A DNA stretch of 64,000 bases from Pseudomonadota bacterium (GTDB lineage: Bacteria > Pseudomonadota > Gammaproteobacteria > Xanthomonadales > Xanthomonadaceae), in assembly GCA_023430045.1 (NCBI GenBank), contig JAEZCF010000056.1:22116-86115 (forward strand). The letters run 5' to 3'. The notes under the pieces were generated by a model. The model was not told where the DNA came from and did no database searches. It worked only from the letters and a program-made list of their open reading frames with translations. The position numbers were made by a program, and so were the translations under genes. Positions 1-8,814 of this stretch are shown piece by piece; position 1 is the stretch's first letter, and the number at the start of each line of letters is the position of its first letter.

Positions 1-604
1 TGGTGCCCATGCCATCCTGGATGCCGCGGCTTATGCGCCGGTAGCGCTTGCCCACGTAGGACACGATCAGGCCGATGAGTGGCACCACGACCAGCATCGC
101 CAGAGTGACCTTGACGCTCATCTGCAGCATTACGGCCAGCATTCCAACAATGGTCAGCGTATCGGCCACCATGGTCTTCAACGCATCCGCGCTGGCCTGG
201 GTGACCTGTTCGGTATCGAAGTTCAGGCGACTGACCATCACCGGGGTGGATTCGGTGTCGAAATGGCCCGATGGCAGGTGCAGATACTTCTCCAGCACCT
301 GCTCGCGCAGGTCGCGCACCACACTGCGACCGGTGCGGGCCAGGGTGTAATCACTGACGAAGGTCGCCATGCTGCGTGCCACGAAGAGACCAAGGATGGT
401 CAGCGGCAGGATCACCGCCATGCGCGGCTCGGGGTTCACGAAGCCACGGTTGACCAGCGGATCCATCAACTTGGTGAAGTGATAGCCGGCCAGGGCCTCC
501 ACCACCATCGCCACCACCGCGGCCACCATGAATACCCAGTAAGCCTTCGTATAGCCCAGCAGGCGCTTGTAGATCGGCCAGACGGGCGCGTGTTTGGAAC
601 TCAT
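1..604 (-). CDS. msbA: Lipid A export ABC transporter MsbA, N-terminal part (runs off the window start)
   Basis: Manual translation from ATG at 604 gives MSSKHAPVWPIYKRLLGYTKAYWVFMV..., an ABC transmembrane domain; ATGA overlap with the exbD stop; comEC-exbB-exbD-msbA order. Confidence 0.88.
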   Translation of the reverse strand, partial: MSSKHAPVWPIYKRLLGYTKAYWVFMVAAVVAMVVEALAGYHFTKLMDPLVNRGFVNPEPRMAVILPLTILGLFVARSMATFVSDYTLARTGRSVVRDLREQVLEKYLHLPSGHFDTESTPVMVSRLNFDTEQVTQASADALKTMVADTLTIVGMLAVMLQMSVKVTLAMLVVVPLIGLIVSYVGKRYRRISRGIQDGMGT

Positions 605-1023
605 TGACGCACCTCGGGAGCGGTTGCGATGGCGATGCGGCGGAAACCCAGCTGGCCCAGCGCATCCTGCGCGGTGACCACGGCCTGGTACGGCGTGCGT
701 GCGTCGGCGCGCAGCAGCACGGTCTGCTCGCGGTTTTCTCCGGCCACCGCAGCGACGGTCTGCTTCACCGATTCGACATCGGTACGCAGCACTTCCTGGT
801 CGTTGACGAAATAACGGCCTTCGGCGTTCACCAGGATGCTCAGCGCGCGCGGCGGTTCAGCCGTTGCCTGCTGGCTGGCGTGCGGCAGCTGGATCTGCAG
901 CGTGGAACGTGCGTCGAAGGTGGTGGTGACCACGAAGAAGATGATCAGCACCAGGATGACATCGATGAGCGGTACGAGGTCGATGTGCGGCTCATCGCCG
1001 GCACGTTCGTTGCGGATACGCAT
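601..1023 (-). CDS. exbD: Biopolymer transport protein ExbD/TolR family
   Basis: IDLVPLIDVILVLIIFFVVT transmembrane motif and LRADARTPY motif. Confidence 0.92.
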   Translation of the reverse strand: MRIRNERAGDEPHIDLVPLIDVILVLIIFFVVTTTFDARSTLQIQLPHASQQATAEPPRALSILVNAEGRYFVNDQEVLRTDVESVKQTVAAVAGENREQTVLLRADARTPYQAVVTAQDALGQLGFRRIAIATAPEVRQ

Positions 1024-1026
1024 CCG

Positions 1027-1701
1027 TCAGCCCTTGGCCGTGGCCGGGCGGGCGGTGGCAGCAGGTGCGGACGCGCGGGGTGCTGCGTTCATCACGCCGG
1101 GACGGCCATCGAGCGCGTCCAGCAGGGCCGACGCCTCCTGCTCCATCTCGATCACATAGCCGTTGATGCGACCCTTGAAGTAACGGTGGAACATCAGTGC
1201 GGGAATCGCCACGATCATGCCGGTCGCCGTGCATACCAGTGCCTTGCCGATACCGCCGGCCAGCTGGTTCACATCACCCACGCCATGGTCGAGGATGCCC
1301 AGGAACATCTGGATCATGCCGACCACCGTGCCCAGCAGGCCCAGCAGCGGACCGGCCGAAGCGATCGTACCCAGCGCGTTGAGGAACCGCTCCATGCGAT
1401 GCACCAGATGGCGACCAGCGTCTTCGATGCGCTCACGGACCTGGTCGCGCGGGCGGTTGCGTGCCTCCAGCGCGGCGGCCAGCAACGCGCCCAGCGGCGA
1501 ATTGGCACGCAGCGCCTGCACGTGCGCCGGGTCCAGCTTGCCGCGCGCCGCCCAGCTGCGCACTTCCTGCCCGAGTCCGGGCGGCAGCACCTCGTTGCGG
1601 CGCAGGGACCAGAAACGCTCCAGGATGATCGCCAAAGCCAGTACGCCCAGCAGCAGCAGCGGCAGCATCGGCCAGCCACCGGCCTTGACCAGTTCCCACA
1701 C
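1027..1701 (-). CDS. exbB: MotA/TolQ/ExbB proton channel protein
   Basis: GPLLGLLGTVVGMI and GIGKALVCTATG motifs; adjacent to exbD. Confidence 0.92.
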   Translation of the reverse strand: MWELVKAGGWPMLPLLLLGVLALAIILERFWSLRRNEVLPPGLGQEVRSWAARGKLDPAHVQALRANSPLGALLAAALEARNRPRDQVRERIEDAGRHLVHRMERFLNALGTIASAGPLLGLLGTVVGMIQMFLGILDHGVGDVNQLAGGIGKALVCTATGMIVAIPALMFHRYFKGRINGYVIEMEQEASALLDALDGRPGVMNAAPRASAPAATARPATAKG

Positions 1702-1704
1702 GTT

Positions 1705-4167
1705 TCACCCCTCCGGCCCATCGGCCGCATGATTGTCCGCCGATAGGATAGCAGCCGCCCGCGCCCGTCCCGCAGCGTCCCACCAGCGGGCGGCGTGGAC
1801 ACGCTGTTCGCGCACCTGCAGTCCCTGCCCGCCCAGCCACACCCGCAGCGCTCCGGATTCGGCCGTATTGAGCACTTCAGCGCCGATGTCGCGCCAGCGC
1901 GCCACGACCTCCGGGCGCGGATGGCGGAAACGGTTGCGATGACCGGCCGACACCAGCGCCAGCCGGGGGGCCACGGCCGCCACCCATGCCGCTGTGGAGG
2001 ATCCGCCACTGCCATGGTGGGGCACCAGCACCACCTGCGCGGCCAGTTGCCCGCGCGCGGAGCGCAGCAGCTCGGCTTCGGCCTGCCGGCCGACGTCCCC
2101 TGCCAGCAGGATGCCCCCTTGGGGCGTATCGATGCGCAGCACGCAGCTGCCCTCGTTGCCGCGCGCTTCGTGCCCGCGCGGTGGGTGCAGGACACGGAAA
2201 TCAACCCCGTCCCAGCGCCACTGTTGCCCGGCATGGCAGACACTGGCGCCTTCGATGCCGGCGCCGGACGGCGCACTTACCGGCACCTCCGGCAACGCGC
2301 GCCGCAGGCCGGGCAAGCCACCGGCATGATCGGAATCGCCATGGCTCAGAATCACCTGCTGCGGCGGGCCCGTGCCCAATGCACGCAATGCCGGAAGCAC
2401 TACCCGCTCGCCGCTGTCGGTGCCGGCTCCCGGCGGCCCGAGGTCGTACAGCAGCAGATGGCGGGCCGTGCGTACCAGCAACGCGGTGCCCTGCCCCACG
2501 TCCATCACCAGCAGCTCCACCTCGCCCGGCCCGGGCAGCTGACGGGCCGGCCACAGCAAAGGCAGGCACAACAGCGGCACCGCCAGCAGGCCGCCACGCC
2601 CGCGCGGCAGCAGGCCCCAGAAGACGCCCAGCAGCGCCACCGGCAACGCCCAGCGCGGCGCTTCCGGCAGCCACCAGACCGCTCCGCTCCAGTCGGCGAG
2701 CGGCCGCATCCATCGCCAACTCACGTCGAACGTCCAGCCGGCAAGGCGCCAGGCCCATCGGCCCAGCCCGGGATGCAGCGCTTCCAGTGCCGTGCCGGAC
2801 AATGCCAGCGGTACCACCACCAGCGACCACCACGGCACAGCCACCAGGTTGACCAGCGGTCCGATCCGCGATGCCTGCCCGAACAGGCTCACGCCCAGCG
2901 GCAGCAGGGCCACGCTGGCCACGCCCTGCGCCGCCAGGAATGGCTTCAGCACACCGCGCAGGCCCGTCTCCGGGAGGCCGCCACCGGGCAGGCACCACAA
3001 CAGCCACAGCACGCCGCCGAAGCTGAGCCAGAAACCGGCGGACAACACCGACAGCGGCGCCACCAACACAGTGGCAAGCGCAGCCAGCGCCAGCGACTGG
3101 CCCCACGGCAGGCGGCGCCGGCTGGCGCGGGCCAGCGCCACCACCACGATCATCAGCGCCGTACGCACGGTTGGCAGCGCCAGTCCGGCCACCAGCGCGT
3201 AACCGGCGGCGCCGGCCGCAGCCGCCAGTGCTGCGGCGATCGGGCGCGGCATCATCCTCGGCAACAGACTGCAACTGCGCCAGGCGAGTCCGGCCAGCAG
3301 CGCGAAGCCACCGGCCACCAGCCCCACGTGAAACCCGGAAATCGCGATCAGATGGGTCAGGCCCAGCGCCCGCAGCTGTTCCCAGTCGCGATCCTGCAGT
3401 CCCCGGGTATCACCCAGCGCCAGTGCACGCACAAAACGCGAGGTCGTTCCCGTGACCGCCGCTTCAATGCGTGCCGCCATGGCCTCGCGCCATGCCGGCA
3501 GCCCGCTGGCGGGCTCCAGTTCAATCGCCGCGGTGCCGTCGCGGACCTGCCCGCCGGCCGCGATGCCCAGCATCAGGGCATGCCGCTCGCCGTCGAAGCC
3601 GCCGGGATTGATACGGCTGCGCGGCGCGCGCAGGCGCAGTGGCAACTGCCAGCGCGACCCTGCCGCCACCCGCTGGCGCGCGGGGATGGTATCGGCAGAA
3701 CCTGCCGCTGCGGCTGCGACCGACGCAGCCCGGACATTCCCGCGCGCGAACGGCGCGCTCCAGTACACCTGCACGCGACGGCCGCGCAGGTGCGTCGGCA
3801 TCGCCGCGGCATCATCCACCTGCAGCAGGAAACGCGTATAGCTCGGCTGGTGGTCGGGCAGGTCGATCACGCGGCCGCGCACCACGCTGTCCAGCGCCGG
3901 GGCCAGCGGGGGAAACTGATCCTGCAGCGCCCACTGCCCGTGCAGCGTGGCCCATGCGATGCCGATCAGCAGCATGCCCAGCCAGCGCCCACGCCAGTGG
4001 CACATCCACAGCACCAACCCCATCAGAAGGCCCGGCCAGGCCGCAACGACTGGCGGCAGTGCAGGCAGCTGGCAGCATGCCGTCGCACCGGCCACCAGCG
4101 CGGCGGCGCTGGCCTTGCCCAACAGGCCCGGCGACACGACGGGATGATCGCAGGCCTGTTCCCCCAT
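1705..4167 (-). CDS. comEC: DNA internalization competence protein ComEC/Rec2
   Basis: HLIAISGFH competence-domain motif, GFWLSF, C-terminal metallo-beta-lactamase motifs DVGQG, SHGDSDHAGG, PHHGS. Confidence 0.95.
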   Translation of the reverse strand: MGEQACDHPVVSPGLLGKASAAALVAGATACCQLPALPPVVAAWPGLLMGLVLWMCHWRGRWLGMLLIGIAWATLHGQWALQDQFPPLAPALDSVVRGRVIDLPDHQPSYTRFLLQVDDAAAMPTHLRGRRVQVYWSAPFARGNVRAASVAAAAAGSADTIPARQRVAAGSRWQLPLRLRAPRSRINPGGFDGERHALMLGIAAGGQVRDGTAAIELEPASGLPAWREAMAARIEAAVTGTTSRFVRALALGDTRGLQDRDWEQLRALGLTHLIAISGFHVGLVAGGFALLAGLAWRSCSLLPRMMPRPIAAALAAAAGAAGYALVAGLALPTVRTALMIVVVALARASRRRLPWGQSLALAALATVLVAPLSVLSAGFWLSFGGVLWLLWCLPGGGLPETGLRGVLKPFLAAQGVASVALLPLGVSLFGQASRIGPLVNLVAVPWWSLVVVPLALSGTALEALHPGLGRWAWRLAGWTFDVSWRWMRPLADWSGAVWWLPEAPRWALPVALLGVFWGLLPRGRGGLLAVPLLCLPLLWPARQLPGPGEVELLVMDVGQGTALLVRTARHLLLYDLGPPGAGTDSGERVVLPALRALGTGPPQQVILSHGDSDHAGGLPGLRRALPEVPVSAPSGAGIEGASVCHAGQQWRWDGVDFRVLHPPRGHEARGNEGSCVLRIDTPQGGILLAGDVGRQAEAELLRSARGQLAAQVVLVPHHGSGGSSTAAWVAAVAPRLALVSAGHRNRFRHPRPEVVARWRDIGAEVLNTAESGALRVWLGGQGLQVREQRVHAARWWDAAGRARAAAILSADNHAADGPEG

Positions 4168-4239
4168 GACCGCAGCATGCGGCGCACCAGAACTGCCTGC
4201 TATCGGAAACCTGCCCTGCGCGAGGTCAGGCGGGGACTG

Positions 4240-5583
4240 TCATCGCGGTTGCCGGTGGAAGCTGATGCGGAAGCTGGCGCCTCCGCCGCCGGCGTCGCCG
4301 ACACTCACACTGCCACCGTGGTGCTGGACGATTTCCTTCACCAGATGGAGCCCGAGCCCCGCGCCACTGCCCGCCGCGCGCAGGCGGTGGAACGGTTCAA
4401 AGATGGCCTCGCGGTCATCGGCGGGCACGCCTGCACCCTGGTCGGCCACCTCCAGTGTTCCGTCCGCATCCAGCCTGACGGTGATGGTGCCACGGCCGCC
4501 GCCATGCACGATGGCGTTGTGGACCAGGTTGGCCATCACCCGCCCCAGCGCGATGCCGTCGCCGGCGATCCACACCGGATGCGACGGCGCATCTACTTCG
4601 AACTGGTAACCGGCACCGATCACCAGCGGTGCCAATTCGGCGGCGGCAGTGCGCGCCAGGGCAGCCAGATCCAGCGGCTGCAGCTTGTCCACGCTGCGGT
4701 CCAGGCGCTGCAGATCAAGCAGGTGCTCGGCGACATTGCCCAGCCGTGCCACGTCGTTGAGCAGCTGCGCCTTCAACGCTCCCTGCGGAAGCTGCGAAAG
4801 CCGCGCCTGCACCACCGCGATGGGCACGCGCAGTTCATGTGCCGCATCGGCCAGAAATTTGTCGCGCGCCGCGTAGCCCTGCTGCACCTTGCCGATGGCA
4901 TCGTTGAAGGCCGCCACCAGCGGTGCGATTTCACTGCTGACCAGTTGGGTGTCCAGCCGCGCGCCGGGCTGGCCGATATCCAGCTGCCTGGCCTGCTGCG
5001 CCAGCTCGCGCACACCACGCATGAAGCGATGGATCACGGTCGGCATGACCAGCAGGGTCACCACGATCAGCGGCAGGAAGAACCACGGCCCGATCAGCCG
5101 CAGCACCATCAGCACACCGTCCCACAGGCCACTCTTCGGGTACCCTCCCACCAGCACGGTCAGGCGTCGTCCATCGCTGCTCTTGACCATCACCCGCGCG
5201 GCATCCAGGTAGGGTGGTGTAACCGACCCCAGCTCGCTGTGCCCGACCTGTTCAAGACGAGACAACAGTTCGTGGTGCACATCCGGCACGGCACCTTCGG
5301 ACAGCCGGTTGCCACGTTCGTCGACGGCCACGAACCACAGATTGCCGCCCGCTTTCCTGTTGACGGCATCCCAGCGCGTGCGATCCAGCACGATGCCGGG
5401 ACCATCGCCATGCAGCGCCGCGACCACGTCATCGGCGGCGAACATGTCCATCGCCACCGATTCCTGGTCGCCCCAGCTCAGGATCAATGCCAGCACCGCG
5501 ATGAGCACGGTGAATACCTGTGCAAGACACACGCGCCAGGCCAGGCCGAGGGATATCGAACGGAAGTGGGCGTTCATGCTCAT
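4240..5583 (-). CDS. Two-component sensor histidine kinase (QseC/BasS-like)
   Basis: Two TM segments, HAMP region, H-box FLADAAHELRVP, N-box NLVHNA, DQGAG and GAGLGL boxes. Confidence 0.92.
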   Translation of the reverse strand: MSMNAHFRSISLGLAWRVCLAQVFTVLIAVLALILSWGDQESVAMDMFAADDVVAALHGDGPGIVLDRTRWDAVNRKAGGNLWFVAVDERGNRLSEGAVPDVHHELLSRLEQVGHSELGSVTPPYLDAARVMVKSSDGRRLTVLVGGYPKSGLWDGVLMVLRLIGPWFFLPLIVVTLLVMPTVIHRFMRGVRELAQQARQLDIGQPGARLDTQLVSSEIAPLVAAFNDAIGKVQQGYAARDKFLADAAHELRVPIAVVQARLSQLPQGALKAQLLNDVARLGNVAEHLLDLQRLDRSVDKLQPLDLAALARTAAAELAPLVIGAGYQFEVDAPSHPVWIAGDGIALGRVMANLVHNAIVHGGGRGTITVRLDADGTLEVADQGAGVPADDREAIFEPFHRLRAAGSGAGLGLHLVKEIVQHHGGSVSVGDAGGGGASFRISFHRQPR

Positions 5584-6251
5584 GCCTCCGCCAACAGGTA
5601 GCCCACGCCGCGGATGACATGGATCTCCACGCCGGCGCGGGCCTGCTGCAGCGCCTTGCGCAGCTTGGAGATATGCGCGTCCAGCGCATTGGACTGGATC
5701 TCGTCGTCGAAGCCGTACACCGCTTCTTCCAGCGCACTGCGGGCGACCGTGCGCCCCTGTCGCAATGCCAGTGCCTGCAGTACCAGCAACTGGCGGCGCG
5801 GCAATGGCAGGAGCTGGTCGCCAACCTGCGCCTGCAGTGATTCGAAATCGAACTGCAGGCGACCGAGCCGCAGCAGCGGCGTGTGCATTTCGCTGGGCCG
5901 GCGAGAGACCGCACGGATGCGCGCCATCAGTTCTTCGATGGCCACCGGCTTGACCAGGTAATCGTCCGCACCCACGTCCAGCCCTTCCACCTTGTCGCTG
6001 AGGCTGCCCTTGGCCGTGAGCATGATCACCGGCAGGTTGGGCCGCAGGGTGCGCGCGGTGGCCACGAATGCCGCGCCGTCACCATCGGGCAACTGGCGGT
6101 CCAGCAGCAACAGCTGATGCACCGGCTCGCGCAGTGCTGATGCCGCGGCAGCCAGGGTGTCCACCACATCGGCGACCACGCCCTGCCGTTCCAGGCCGGA
6201 CTGCAGGGCACGGGACAGGTCGGGATCGTCTTCAACCAGCAGAATGCGCAT
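5580..6251 (-). CDS. OmpR/PhoB-family response regulator
   Basis: MRILLVEDD start at 6251, LLDRQLPDGDG, GADDYLVKP, winged-helix HISKLRK...RGVGY; overlaps kinase start. Confidence 0.93.
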   Translation of the reverse strand: MRILLVEDDPDLSRALQSGLERQGVVADVVDTLAAAASALREPVHQLLLLDRQLPDGDGAAFVATARTLRPNLPVIMLTAKGSLSDKVEGLDVGADDYLVKPVAIEELMARIRAVSRRPSEMHTPLLRLGRLQFDFESLQAQVGDQLLPLPRRQLLVLQALALRQGRTVARSALEEAVYGFDDEIQSNALDAHISKLRKALQQARAGVEIHVIRGVGYLLAEA

Positions 6252-6306
6252 GGAAAACCAGGGTCGGCAGAACAGGGCATTGATGATAATCCCGGCAGGC
6301 CCGGCG

Positions 6307-6324
6307 CAATGTTCCGACAATGTT
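6307..6324. promoter_or_regulatory. Direct repeat CAATGTT-N4-CAATGTT, candidate OmpR-family operator
   Basis: Perfect heptamer repeat at 11-bp period between the response regulator and a divergent ORF. Confidence 0.5.
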
Positions 6325-6350
6325 GCCGGCGCACTGTAGCGACTCTGCTT

Positions 6351-6689
6351 ATGTATCGAGCCGACGACGCCATGGACCGCCCCCTCCCCCCGGCCAGCCC
6401 CGCGCCCGCCCCGCTCATGTCTTCCAACAACCCTCTGGTGGTGCTGGAAGCCCCCGACCTGGACAGTGCCGAACGCGCTTTCCTCGGTCTTCTGCCTGAT
6501 CGCGACGGCGTGGATGCGCTTACGCGCCATGCGTTGAGCCATGCGCGCCACGGTTCCGGCAGCGGTTATGCGCTGTCGCTGACGCTGGTGGGCTTGCGCC
6601 TTCAGGAGTTCAAACTGGGCGAAGACCGCGCGGCGACGTCGCGACAGGAATCGCTGCACAACCTGCGTCAGGCGTTCGCCGACCTGTAG
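6351..6689 (+). CDS. Hypothetical protein
   Basis: Host-like codon usage, divergent from the response regulator; start uncertain. Confidence 0.55.
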   Translation: MYRADDAMDRPLPPASPAPAPLMSSNNPLVVLEAPDLDSAERAFLGLLPDRDGVDALTRHALSHARHGSGSGYALSLTLVGLRLQEFKLGEDRAATSRQESLHNLRQAFADL

Positions 6690-6860
6690 AGCCGCCCCCT
6701 GGTCGGCTGAACCACTGCTGCCCTTCACCGGCCCTCCGTCGTGGTCGGCTCGCCCCGTTTACTCACGGCCATTGCGCCGTTGTCCAACGATGACCGCTAT
6801 TCGCCATGCAGCCGCGCCGGGCAGTGACAGACTGCCTGCGTTCCCCCTTGTGCAGGCCGT

Positions 6861-7100
6861 ATGCAGCAGCTCCTGGACAACCTCGAACAACTCCTCGGCA
6901 GCTGGGAAGCCGAATCGGCGGATTGTCAGCGCGATGGCATGGAGATATCAGCAGAGACGTTATCGCGCTGCAGGGAAGAAGTGCGGCAGATGGTCAACCG
7001 TCACCTGGTACGCAAGCAGGGTGAGCTCGAGTTGCTGCCGAAGCCCAGGCAACGCCGGAGGAACGCACCGCCGGACCCTCCCATGACTCCACGGCCCTGA
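6861..7100 (+). CDS. Small hypothetical protein
   Basis: 79-aa helical-looking ORF, no recognised motif. Confidence 0.45.
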   Translation: MQQLLDNLEQLLGSWEAESADCQRDGMEISAETLSRCREEVRQMVNRHLVRKQGELELLPKPRQRRRNAPPDPPMTPRP

Positions 7101-7439
7101 CGTACCGGGTGCCCGGCATATGCCACCCGTGAATTGCTGACGCTGATACATCCGCACCGCTTATTGAACCGGATCCAGCGCCGCTTCGACCGAGTCCAGA
7201 AGATCCCGTGCGGCCACCAGCAGGCCGTCCACCAGATGCGCGCCAAGTAGCGGCTCGCAGGCGCCGTCATGGCGGTTGGAGTGTAGTGCTGGGTCTTGGG
7301 CGGCAGTGTTCAACCGATAGTTCAGCGCACTTTTGTTCAATTTTGTGAAACAAATCGCCTGATTCGCCTGCCGACGGAGGGAAGACCTCCTGACCATAGG
7401 CCGTAGCCTGAAGATCCCCCAACCCCGGAAATCATCTGC

Positions 7440-7468
7440 TTGTTGCAAAGACTGCATAACGCTATAGT
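7440..7468 (+). promoter_or_regulatory. Putative sigma70 promoter TTGTTG-N17-TATAGT
   Basis: Correct 17-bp spacing, directly upstream of a structured segment with no ORF on this strand that ends in a terminator. Confidence 0.45.
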
Positions 7469-7473
7469 CGGCT

Positions 7474-7605
7474 CCGTAGGACGAAGCGACTGACCCGGTG
7501 AAATCGAGCGCTTCCCAGCGGCTTCCGCCGTAGGCATCCACGATGCTTCGCAAGTGGTTCCGGGGTCTGAGTACTGGAAAGGGCGCTTCGGCGCCCTTTT
7601 CTTTT
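7474..7605 (+). ncRNA. Candidate structured small RNA convergent with the HtrC/YjaZ-like gene
   Basis: Promoter-like element, closing stem GACCCGG/CCGGGGTC enclosing GCGG-ctt-CCGC and AGGCATC-cac-GATGCTT hairpins, then an intrinsic terminator. Confidence 0.45.
7578..7605. terminator. Intrinsic terminator, possibly bidirectional
   Basis: AAAGGGCGC-ttcg-GCGCCCTTT followed by TCTTTT. Confidence 0.8.
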
Positions 7606-7610
7606 GCACG

Positions 7611-8159
7611 TTACCGCCTGCGCCGCTTGTTTGGCTTCTGAGGATTTGCCAGGTAGGCCTCACCGCACACGAGCACGAATGGCCGCCACCTGCCCGTGGT
7701 AGTCGGTGCGTTGCGTGTTTCCTGATACGCACTTTCCACGATCACATCGACATCCTGCCAAGTGCGCCTTTCATTGGCACTGCGCTTGACCGTCAGAAAC
7801 AGGTGGTACGGCCCGCAGGGGTCATTGATCGTCAGGGTGTGGATCCAGGTCGTTTCATGCGCAGCAAGGATCACTTTTTTCTCAGGCATTGCGCGGATTA
7901 GATCCGGCAACGTCATGGAGAGCCGATAACGCGTCGGACAGAAGGTCCGCATCTTCCTTCCATCCCAAATCACCGCATCGCCTGGCGGGTGCGGGATATC
8001 TCCATACGAGGCGCTGAAGCAGTGATTGGTGAAGGTGACAGCTGCCCTCAAGGCCTTGCCCACCTTCGCGCTCTCAAAGGTGATTGTCAGCGGGTCCAAG
8101 TGCGACAGATCGATCTTTTGGCCGCTGACCACTATCTGCGGGAAATACTCCTTCCTCAA
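7611..8159 (-). CDS. HtrC/YjaZ-like protein of unknown function
   Basis: Motifs DLSHLD, VTFTNHCFS, RTFCPTRYRLS, VESAY match my recollection of E. coli YjaZ (DLSFLD, VTYSLHCFT, RPFCQHRYNLA, VTSAY); TTG start at 8159 after AAGGA gives 182 aa. Confidence 0.7.
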   Translation of the reverse strand: MRKEYFPQIVVSGQKIDLSHLDPLTITFESAKVGKALRAAVTFTNHCFSASYGDIPHPPGDAVIWDGRKMRTFCPTRYRLSMTLPDLIRAMPEKKVILAAHETTWIHTLTINDPCGPYHLFLTVKRSANERRTWQDVDVIVESAYQETRNAPTTTGRWRPFVLVCGEAYLANPQKPNKRRRR

Positions 8160-8526
8160 TGCCGTTCCTTGTGACCATCGAATGCTGGCCGATAGCTCCA
8201 TTATCGCTTTGCTGTCGGCCACTCCAATGGTTCAACGTCCCCGCGAATGGCTTGATCGACCCTCAGTGGTCACGCCTGTCTGCAGCCTGCTCTTCTGCTC
8301 CGCTCTGCTCCCAAGCCGGGCGCTGCGCCTCGGCGTCGCTCAACGCATGTTGCCGGCGCACCCGCCATGCCGTGCCGTACCTGGTGCACTGGCACGGACG
8401 ACATATCGAATCGATCAACACATCCTGGCGAAAGCTCCGTAAGCGCGCCCTGCTGCCTGCGTGGTTCGTGCCGAAAATGTCACAAACACATGCCGGAAAT
8501 TCCGAAGGATCACGGCACTCCGCTTC

Positions 8527-8551
8527 GCAGCCGACCATGGGTCGGCTCTAC
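8527..8551 (-). repeat. GTAG-type REP palindrome (SMAG-like)
   Basis: GTAGAGCCGACCCATGGTCGGCTGC on the minus strand; related copies elsewhere in the window. Confidence 0.8.
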
Positions 8552-8570
8552 CCTCCGCCCGGACAAAACA

Positions 8571-8598
8571 AAAAGCCAGCGCGATGGCTGGCTTTTTT
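8571..8598 (-). terminator. Intrinsic terminator downstream of tRNA-Val
   Basis: AAAAGCCAGC-gcgatg-GCTGGCTTTT hairpin with A/T tails. Confidence 0.8.
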
Positions 8599-8621
8599 GG
8601 TCTTTCCACTCCGCAGGGAAG

Positions 8622-8696
8622 TGGTGGGCGGTACAGGGTTCGAACCTGTGACCCCTACCATGTCAAGGTAGTGCTCTACCACTGAGCTAACCGCCC
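8622..8696 (-). tRNA. tRNA-Val(GAC)
   Basis: GGGCGGTTAGCTCAGTGGTAGAGCACTACCTT-GAC-ATGGTAGGGGTCACAGGTTCGAACCCTGTACCGCCCACCA cloverleaf with encoded CCA. Confidence 0.97.
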
Positions 8697-8814
8697 GTTT
8701 CGTTCCTGCCTTACCGCGATTGCGTCGGGGCAGGCCGCGTATATTACGGACGACGCCCTCCCAGCGCAACACTTTTGTGAAGAAATCCGGCCCCTGCCCG
8801 CATGGGGCCTGCGT

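Noticed and set aside
1795..5601. 1268-aa plus-strand ORF and similar long ORFs (9424-11067, 13380-15923, 31570-33438)
   Set aside because: Antisense shadows of well-supported genes, typical of high-GC DNA; no motifs.
5580..6728. 382-aa extended response regulator from the ORF track
   Set aside because: The receiver domain begins at MRILLVEDD (6251); the extension overlaps a divergent ORF and the putative operator.
7297..7315. TGGGCGGCAGTGTTCAACC as a degenerate att copy of the tRNA-Val 3' end
   Set aside because: Needs three gapped bases and a mismatch over about 22 nt and no integrase is nearby; too weak without comparative genomes.
7161..7553. 130-aa minus-strand ORF
   Set aside because: Its 5' half overlaps the predicted sRNA and promoter and it spans a compositional shift; the 3' part may be a truncated gene remnant but I cannot assign it.
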